From Kineococcus radiotolerans SRS30216 = ATCC BAA-149 (GTDB taxonomy: Bacteria > Actinomycetota > Actinomycetes > Actinomycetales > Kineococcaceae): a stretch of 32,000 nt of DNA. The stretch spans positions 750,001 through 782,000 of the forward strand of contig NC_009664.2 of assembly GCF_000017305.1 (NCBI RefSeq). Reading direction: 5' to 3'. The position numbers and the translations under genes are program-made. Within the stretch, counting starts at the first letter, position 1. Each line of letters starts with the position of its first letter. The notes below the pieces were generated by a model, which was given only the letters and a program-made list of their open reading frames with translations, ran no database searches and was not told the origin of the DNA. This document shows, one piece after another, positions 27,601-32,000 of this stretch.

Positions 27601-27788
27601 GCCGGGGCGGGACGCGACGCCGCGCCGCCCTCGGTGGGGAACTTGTCCTTCAGCCGCCGGATGACCGGCGGTTCGACGGTGGAGCTCGCAGAACGCACGA
27701 ACTCGCCCATCTCCTTGAGCGTGGCCAGGACGACCTTGCTCTCGACTCCGAACTCCTTGGCGAGCTCGTAGACCCGGACCTTTGCCAC
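24654..27788 (-). CDS. infB: Translation initiation factor IF-2
   Basis: 1044 aa starting [40 protein letters not shown]-domain motifs are [25 protein letters not shown] and NKVDK. The GTG follows an AGGAGAG Shine-Dalgarno. The roughly 370-aa N-terminal linker is rich in Pro, Gly, Ala and Arg. Confidence 0.97.
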   Translation of the reverse strand: MAKVRVYELAKEFGVESKVVLATLKEMGEFVRSASSTVEPPVIRRLKDKFPTEGGAASRPAPAVKPGPRLPQGARPGPAPAARPQAPAPAQPAPPQPAPAAASTPAPAPAPAPRPAEPAANPAPAAPPAFQAPAPAPAERPAAAQRPAAPAPQRPAPAGRPSTPPVSGGPGQGPRPGARPGGPGAPGARPGAPGAGGPGARRPGPGDRPERSERPDRGDRPQGDRPRSDRPQGERQQGDRPQGDRPGRPGAPGGAPRPGAGAPRPGNNPFAPSQGMPRSQGDRPGGAPRPGNNPFASNQGMPRPQGGPRPTPAGPGGPRPGGPRPNPGMMPARPTVGRPGAGPGAGRPGAPGRGGPGGARGGAGGGFAGRPGGPSAGGGGGGFAGRPGGGGGGPRGNRGGTQGAFGRAGGRPVRGRKSKRAKRQEYEAMQAPAVGGVSVRHGDGTTVLRIRRGASLSDFAERIDADPAALVTILFHLGEMATATQSLDEDTFQLLGGELGYVIEVVSPEDEERELLAGFSIDLDAELEAEGDDDLSARPPVVTVMGHVDHGKTKLLDAIRSSDVVAKEAGGITQHIGAYQVVKEHEGIERPITFIDTPGHEAFTAMRARGAKVTDIAILVVAADDGVMPQTIEALNHAQAADVPIVVAVNKVDKEGANPDKVRQQLTEYNLVAEEYGGDTMFVDVSARQGTGLDSLLEAVLLTADASLDLRANSDKDARGIAIEGNLDKGRGPVATVLVQSGTLHVGDAIVAGTGYGRVRAMLDENGDAVQEATPSRPVQVLGLTSVPGAGDTFLVAPDDRTARQIAEKREAQERNAALAKARKRITLEDFTKALQQGKVETLNLILKGDGAGSVEALEDALFKIDVGDEVELRVIDRGVGAVTKNNVNLAVASNAIIIGFNVRPEQQTKEYADREGVDIRFYSVIYAAIEDVEASLKGLLKPEFEEVQLGTAEVREIFRSSKFGNIAGTLVRSGLIRRNSKARVLRRGVVHGDNLTIESLRRFKDDATEVREGYECGIGLGSYNDLQVDDVIETYEMQEKPRG
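26560..27300 (-). repeat. In-frame low-complexity tandem repeats encoding the IF-2 N-terminal linker
   Basis: A 75-nt (25-aa) duplication lies at about 26885-26930 and 26960-27005, encoding [11 protein letters not shown](P/S)(S/N)QGMPR. A roughly 15-nt GGTCGCCCTGGGG periodicity at about 27050-27140 encodes GDRPQ-type units. CCGGGACGACCGGCGAA occurs twice, encoding GGFAGRPGG. Confidence 0.7.
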
Positions 27789-27878
27789 TTCTCTCCTGTC
27801 TGGTCCGGGCTCGTCTCTACCGGGCGCGGACCGTCATCAGTCGGGGGGGTTCATCGGTGGAGACTCATCGAGTGCTCA

Positions 27879-28220
27879 TCAGCTGTTCGACCCGCTCTCA
27901 TCGGTGGTGGGGTGGACGACGTCCCCGGAGGAGCACGAGTCCAGGTAGGACCGTACGCCAGTGACGTCGACGGGGGCAGGGCGGCGCAGCGCGCGGGGCA
28001 ACGCCCGTCGCTTCTCCGCCTGCTCCAGGCACGCGCTGCTCGAGTGCAACCACGCACCCCTGCCCGGGAGCCGGCGCCGCACGTCGACGAGGAGGTTGCC
28101 CACCCCGTCCGGCGCGACGACGACTCTCAGCAGGACCGACCGGGAGTCCCGGCGGCGGCAACCCACGCAGGTGCGCACCGGGCCGGCGAGGTCCTGAGGA
28201 CCCCCGTCGACGCGGGACAC
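27879..28220 (-). CDS. ylxR: YlxR/RnpM-family (DUF448) RNA-binding protein
   Basis: Carries the RTCVGCRRR motif, then LLRVV and GRGAWLH. It holds the conserved position between nusA and infB. The start is uncertain: GTG at 28220 or an internal GTG just before RTCVGC. Confidence 0.8.
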   Translation of the reverse strand: MSRVDGGPQDLAGPVRTCVGCRRRDSRSVLLRVVVAPDGVGNLLVDVRRRLPGRGAWLHSSSACLEQAEKRRALPRALRRPAPVDVTGVRSYLDSCSSGDVVHPTTDESGSNS

Positions 28221-28288
28221 GGTGGATCGCCGATCGGTAGGACCGGTCGTAGGCAGTGTAACGATGCCGCCAGTGTAGCTGTTCCCGC

Positions 28289-29308
28289 TCAGCGCTCGCC
28301 CGTGGAGTCTCGACCCGGTCCACCCGCGGTGGGCTCGGTGTCGGGCCGGATGTCGATGCGCCAGCCGGTCAGCTTGGCGGCCAGGCGGGCGTTCTGCCCC
28401 TCCTTGCCGATGGCCAGCGACAGCTGGTAGTCCGGCACGATCACGCGCGCGGAACGCGCCGCGAGGTCGACGACCTCCACGGAGCTGACCCGGGCCGGCG
28501 ACAGCGCGTTGCCGACGAACTGCGCCGGGTCGTCGCTGTGGTCGACGATGTCGATCTTCTCCCCGCGCAGCTCCGCCATCACCGCGCGCACCCGCTGCCC
28601 CATCGGGCCGATGCAGGCGCCCTTGGCGTTGACCCCGCCGCGGGTGGCGCGCACGGCCATCTTGGAGCGGTGCCCGGCCTCGCGCGAGAGCGCGGTGATC
28701 TGCACCGTGCCGTCGGCGATCTCGGGGACCTCCAGCGCGAACAGCTTCTTCACCAGCTGCGGGTGCGAGCGGCTGAGCACGACCTGGGGCCCCTTGGGGC
28801 CCTTCTTCACGCTCACGACGAAGCAGCGCAGGCGGCTGCCGTGCTCGTACTTCTCCCCCGGCACCTGCTCCTGGGGGGGCAGGACGCCCTCCAGGGAGCC
28901 GAGGTCGACCTGGACCATGCGCGGGTCGCGGCCCTGCTGGACCACGCCGGAGACGATCTCGCCCTCCGTCTGGGCGTACTCGCCGATGACGGCGTCGTCC
29001 TCGGCGTCGCGCAACCGCTGCAGGATGACCTGGCGGGCCGTCGTCGCCGCGATCCGGCCGAAGCCGGAGGGGGTGTCGTCGAACTCGCCGACGACCAGAC
29101 CGGCGTCGTCGCGCTCCTTGGCCAGGACCCGGACCTCGCCGCTGGCGCGGTCGAGCTCCACCCGGGCGTCGGGGTGGGCCTTGTGGTCCTCGTGCTCGGT
29201 GCGGTGGTAGGCCACGAGCAGGGCCTGCTCGATCGTCCGCACGAGGGTCTCGAACGGGATCTCCCTCTCCCGCTCCAGCATCCGCAGCGCGGCCATGTCG
29301 ATGTTCAC
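28289..29308 (-). CDS. nusA: Transcription termination/antitermination factor NusA
   Basis: 339 aa with [34 protein letters not shown]1 (GEIVSGVVQ) and KH domains ([34 protein letters not shown]). A GTGA overlap links it to the rimP stop. Confidence 0.95.
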   Translation of the reverse strand: MNIDMAALRMLEREREIPFETLVRTIEQALLVAYHRTEHEDHKAHPDARVELDRASGEVRVLAKERDDAGLVVGEFDDTPSGFGRIAATTARQVILQRLRDAEDDAVIGEYAQTEGEIVSGVVQQGRDPRMVQVDLGSLEGVLPPQEQVPGEKYEHGSRLRCFVVSVKKGPKGPQVVLSRSHPQLVKKLFALEVPEIADGTVQITALSREAGHRSKMAVRATRGGVNAKGACIGPMGQRVRAVMAELRGEKIDIVDHSDDPAQFVGNALSPARVSSVEVVDLAARSARVIVPDYQLSLAIGKEGQNARLAAKLTGWRIDIRPDTEPTAGGPGRDSTGER

Positions 29309-29931
29309 TGCTCGTCCTCGTCCCCGTCGTCCAGCTCGTCCAGCTCGTCCAGCTCGTCCAGCTCGTCGTCGGCCCCCGGGTCGGCGACCAGGTCCTCCAC
29401 GTCCTCGCCGGGGCGGCGGAACTCCACCTGCACCTCGCCCCGCACCAGGTCCGCCCAGGCGAGGTCGCGCGGGGCCCCGACGTCCTTGGCCCGCGGGGGC
29501 TTGCCCTTGACCATCTGCGGTTCGAGCGTGCCGTGCACCCCGGCCTCGTCGACGGAGACGACCCGCACCAGCAGCGCCGTCCCGTCGGTCAGCACCGCGC
29601 GGACCAGCCGGCCCCGGGCGCGCGACCAGTGGCGCGGCGTGGTCAGGGGGCGGTCCACCCCCGGGGAGGAGACCTCGAGGGTGTAGGGCGCCTCGCCCAG
29701 GACCCCCGACTCGTCCAGGGCCTCGGAGACGGCGGTGGAGGCGGCGGCGACGGCGTCGAGGTCGAGGTCGCCCGGTTCGTCCCCGGCGCGGTCCACGACC
29801 ACCCTGACCACCTGCCGGCGGCCGGCGGTCGTGACGCTGACCTCCTCGAGGGCCAGGTCGGCACCGATCTCGGACCCGGCGGCGAACACCGGGGTCAGCA
29901 CCGTGGTGACGGCCTCGTCGAGCGTCGGCAC
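29305..29931 (-). CDS. rimP: Ribosome maturation factor RimP with an acidic repeat tail
   Basis: 208 aa with [47 protein letters not shown] and the tail [21 protein letters not shown]. The GTG at 29931 follows GGGAGGGAG. The ORF-track start 30699 is an Ala/Arg/Pro-rich artificial extension. Confidence 0.88.
   Translation of the reverse strand: MPTLDEAVTTVLTPVFAAGSEIGADLALEEVSVTTAGRRQVVRVVVDRAGDEPGDLDLDAVAAASTAVSEALDESGVLGEAPYTLEVSSPGVDRPLTTPRHWSRARGRLVRAVLTDGTALLVRVVSVDEAGVHGTLEPQMVKGKPPRAKDVGAPRDLAWADLVRGEVQVEFRRPGEDVEDLVADPGADDELDELDELDELDDGDEDEQ
29329..29367 (-). repeat. Perfect 9-bp tandem repeat (GTCCAGCTC, 4.3 copies) inside the rimP 3' end
   Basis: Read directly from the sequence: gtccagctc gtccagctc gtccagctc gtccagctc gtc. 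It encodes (DEL)x4 on the coding strand. Confidence 0.9.
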
Positions 29932-30058
29932 GACCGCTCCCTCCCCTGCTCTCGAGTTGTCCTGGCGTGCCCGCCCACCGGGCCGGGCACGACGGGACAG
30001 CCTAGCCGCTGCCGGGGCCTCCCCCCGACCTCCAGCGGGCGGTGGGACGATCGCCGAC

Positions 30059-31165
30059 GTGCCCGCACCGCCCCCCGCCCCCCACCGGCCCCCGACCCGC
30101 CGCAGCGCCCTGCGCGGCGCGCTCGCGGGCCTGGGGGTCCTCGCCGCGGCGGGGTGCGGCGTGCGCTGGGCCCCCGGCGCCGAGGTCACCCCGACGGCGC
30201 AGCGCGGGCCCGACGACGACGCCCGCGAGGCCGCCGTCGCCGACACCCGGGACCTGCTGGGCCTGCTGCTGCCGGCCGCGCGCGGGGCCGCGCCGCTGCA
30301 GGCCGTCGCCGCGAGCGCCGTGGCCGTCTGCGAGGCGCACCTGCGGGCCCTGGGCGAGCACGACCTCGAGGTCACCGCGACCGTCACCGAGACCAGCGCC
30401 CCGAGCAGCGCCCCGGGCGGCGCCCCCGCCGCGGGCGGCGGGACCTCCCCGGTGGACCCCGCCGCGGTCCTGGACCGGCTGGTCTCCGCGGCGGGCGCGG
30501 CGCTGGCGGGCGCGACGGCCACCGCCGCCGCTCCCAGCGGCGGGATGGCGCGCCTGCTGGCCTCCCTCGGCGCCTCCCGCGCGGTGCTGGCCGACGACGT
30601 GAGCGCCGCGACCGGGGTCCCGGCCGGGGACGTGCCCCTGCCCGCGCCCGCCGGCGACGTCGACGACCCCCCGGCGGCGGACCCCTCGCGCACGGGCACC
30701 GCGGCGCTGCAGGCGGCGCTGGCCGGCGAGCACGCGGCGGTGTTCGCGCTGGCCCTCGTCCAGGGGCGCCTGAGCGGGCCCCGCCGGGACGAGGCGGCCG
30801 CGGAGCTCGTCGCCCACCGCGTCGCCCGCGACGACCTCGTCGACCTCCTCGTCGCCCGGGACGCGAACCCGGTGCAGGCCGAGGCGGGCTACGACGTGCA
30901 GGCGCCCACGGCCGCGGCCGCGGCCGCCGTGGTCGCCGCGGTGGACGAGGGGCTGGCCCGCGCCCACGCCGACGTCGTCGCCGCGGACGCGACGGCCCGG
31001 GTCCCGGCGGCCCGCGCCCTGCTGCTGAGCGCCCGCGCGGCCCGGCGGTGGGGGTCGACGGTCACCGCGTTCCCCGGGATGCCCGAGCTCGGCGAGGACG
31101 GCACCGCCGCGCCGAGCGCCACGTCCACCGCCGTGGCCACGTCGACGTCTCCCGCCACCCCCTGA
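30059..31165 (+). CDS. Ala-rich secreted or lipoprotein-like protein with a C-terminal DUF4439 (ferritin-like) domain
   Basis: GTG start, then VPAPPPAPHRPPTRRSALRGALAGLGVLAAAGCG, a Tat-like RR motif followed by a Cys. The C-terminal half carries TAALQAALAGEHAAVFALALVQGRL, characteristic of DUF4439. It is divergent from rimP, as in other actinobacteria. The ORF-track start 29735 overlaps rimP and was trimmed. Confidence 0.65.
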   Translation: MPAPPPAPHRPPTRRSALRGALAGLGVLAAAGCGVRWAPGAEVTPTAQRGPDDDAREAAVADTRDLLGLLLPAARGAAPLQAVAASAVAVCEAHLRALGEHDLEVTATVTETSAPSSAPGGAPAAGGGTSPVDPAAVLDRLVSAAGAALAGATATAAAPSGGMARLLASLGASRAVLADDVSAATGVPAGDVPLPAPAGDVDDPPAADPSRTGTAALQAALAGEHAAVFALALVQGRLSGPRRDEAAAELVAHRVARDDLVDLLVARDANPVQAEAGYDVQAPTAAAAAAVVAAVDEGLARAHADVVAADATARVPAARALLLSARAARRWGSTVTAFPGMPELGEDGTAAPSATSTAVATSTSPATP

Positions 31166-31202
31166 GGCGGGACCCCGGGGGTCTTGCGAGACTGCACGGG
31201 AG

Positions 31203-32000
31203 ATGAGCACCCCGACCCCCGCGCCCGGTGCACCGCTGCGCGTGATGACCTGGAACCTCTGGTGGCGCTTCGGCGACTGGCGAGCGCGCCGGGAGGCGAT
31301 CCTCGCGGTGCTCGCGCAGGAACGTCCCGACGTGGTCGGGCTGCAGGAGGTCTGGGCCGACGAAGGGGAGAACCTCGCGCAGTGGCTCGGCGAGCGGCTC
31401 GGGATGCACGTGGCATGGTCGCCCTCCCCCGCCCCGCAGCGCTGGCGGCGCCGGCTCGCGTGGAACGGGGAGGACCCCGCGGTCGTCGACGGCCTGCAGT
31501 TCGGCAACGCCGTCCTCAGCCGCCACCCCCTCCTCGACCAGGAGGTCCGCGAACTGCCCGGGGGCGGGGACGAGGACGAGGGGCGGACGGCCCTGAAGGT
31601 CCTGGTGGACGCCCCCCGCCGCCCGCTGCCGTTCACCACCACGCACCTGAACTCCTCCCCGGCCGAGTCGGCCGTGCGGGTGGAGCAGGTCCGCGCGCTG
31701 GTCCCCTTCGTCGTGGGGGGGCACCGGCGCGGTGAGCACTACCCGCCCGTCCTCACCGGGGACTTCAACGCCGTCGCGGAGTCCGACGAGCTGCGCCTGG
31801 CCGGGGGGTACCTCACCCCCGGACCCGTCCCGGGGGTCGTCCTGGTGGACTCCTGGCGCTTCGCCGCGCCCGACGACCCCGGCTTCACCTGGGACCGGCG
31901 CAACCCGTTCGTGGCGCGGGTGCACCAGCCCAGCGCGCGCATCGACCACGTCCTCGTCGGGCTGCCGCCCTTCACCGGGGAGGGCTCGGTGCGCGACGTG
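31203..32000 (+). CDS. Endonuclease/exonuclease/phosphatase (EEP) family protein; 3' end runs off the window
   Basis: My own translation reads MSTPTPAPGAPLRVMTWNLWWRFGDWRARREAILAVLAQERPDVVGLQEVW...PPVLTGDFNAV...ARIDHVLVG. The stretches MTWNL, GLQEV, GDFN and IDHV match EEP catalytic motifs. The frame stays open to position 32000, so the ORF is not in the track. Confidence 0.75.
   Translation, partial: MSTPTPAPGAPLRVMTWNLWWRFGDWRARREAILAVLAQERPDVVGLQEVWADEGENLAQWLGERLGMHVAWSPSPAPQRWRRRLAWNGEDPAVVDGLQFGNAVLSRHPLLDQEVRELPGGGDEDEGRTALKVLVDAPRRPLPFTTTHLNSSPAESAVRVEQVRALVPFVVGGHRRGEHYPPVLTGDFNAVAESDELRLAGGYLTPGPVPGVVLVDSWRFAAPDDPGFTWDRRNPFVARVHQPSARIDHVLVGLPPFTGEGSVRDV

Noticed and set aside
24141-28430. 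1429-aa plus-strand ORF spanning rbfA, DUF503, infB, ylxR and the nusA 3' end
   Set aside because: It is antisense to five well-supported genes and their intergenic gaps. It is low-complexity Arg/Gly/Ala/Thr sequence produced by mirror translation of GC-rich codons, not a giant protein.
30002-31949. 546-aa and 295-aa minus-strand ORFs opposite the DUF4439 and EEP genes
   Set aside because: They are antisense artefacts. The plus-strand frames carry the Tat/DUF4439 motifs and the EEP catalytic motifs.

Overview
Very high-GC DNA with near-saturated G/C at third codon positions, typical of Actinomycetota. No rRNA, tRNA, CRISPR array, transposase or integrase was found. The minus strand carries the conserved translation and RNA-processing backbone: rimP, nusA, ylxR, infB, DUF503, rbfA, then truB, then ribF, rpsO and pnp (cut by the left edge). 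Two accessory blocks interrupt it. Block 1 (21144-23714) holds a TetR regulator, a divergent DHA2-type MFS efflux pump and a DUF3592 membrane protein. It sits between rbfA and truB, and the tetR stop overlaps the truB start (GTGA). Block 2 (3890-20229) is a 16 kb plus-strand run between ribF and truB. It contains pgi, a 48-aa Cys/Lys-rich microprotein, a SorC-regulated polyol-type locus, a TPM-domain membrane protein with a Gly/Arg-rich tail, dxs, an orphan pspA and a family-3 acyltransferase. The polyol-type locus has an RbsACB-like ABC transporter and four dehydrogenases but no kinase. The right edge carries a Tat-lipoprotein-like DUF4439 protein and a partial EEP-family nuclease/phosphatase. 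I saw no recognisable defence, toxin-antitoxin or secretion system. The most unusual items are the kinase-less four-dehydrogenase locus, the tetR-truB coupling, the apparently leaderless Cys-rich microprotein and the TPM/coiled-coil/Gly-rich protein next to dxs and pspA. Many ORF-track entries are antisense or off-frame artefacts of the high GC content, and several true genes needed their N-termini trimmed. All family assignments come from motif recognition by eye, not from database searches.
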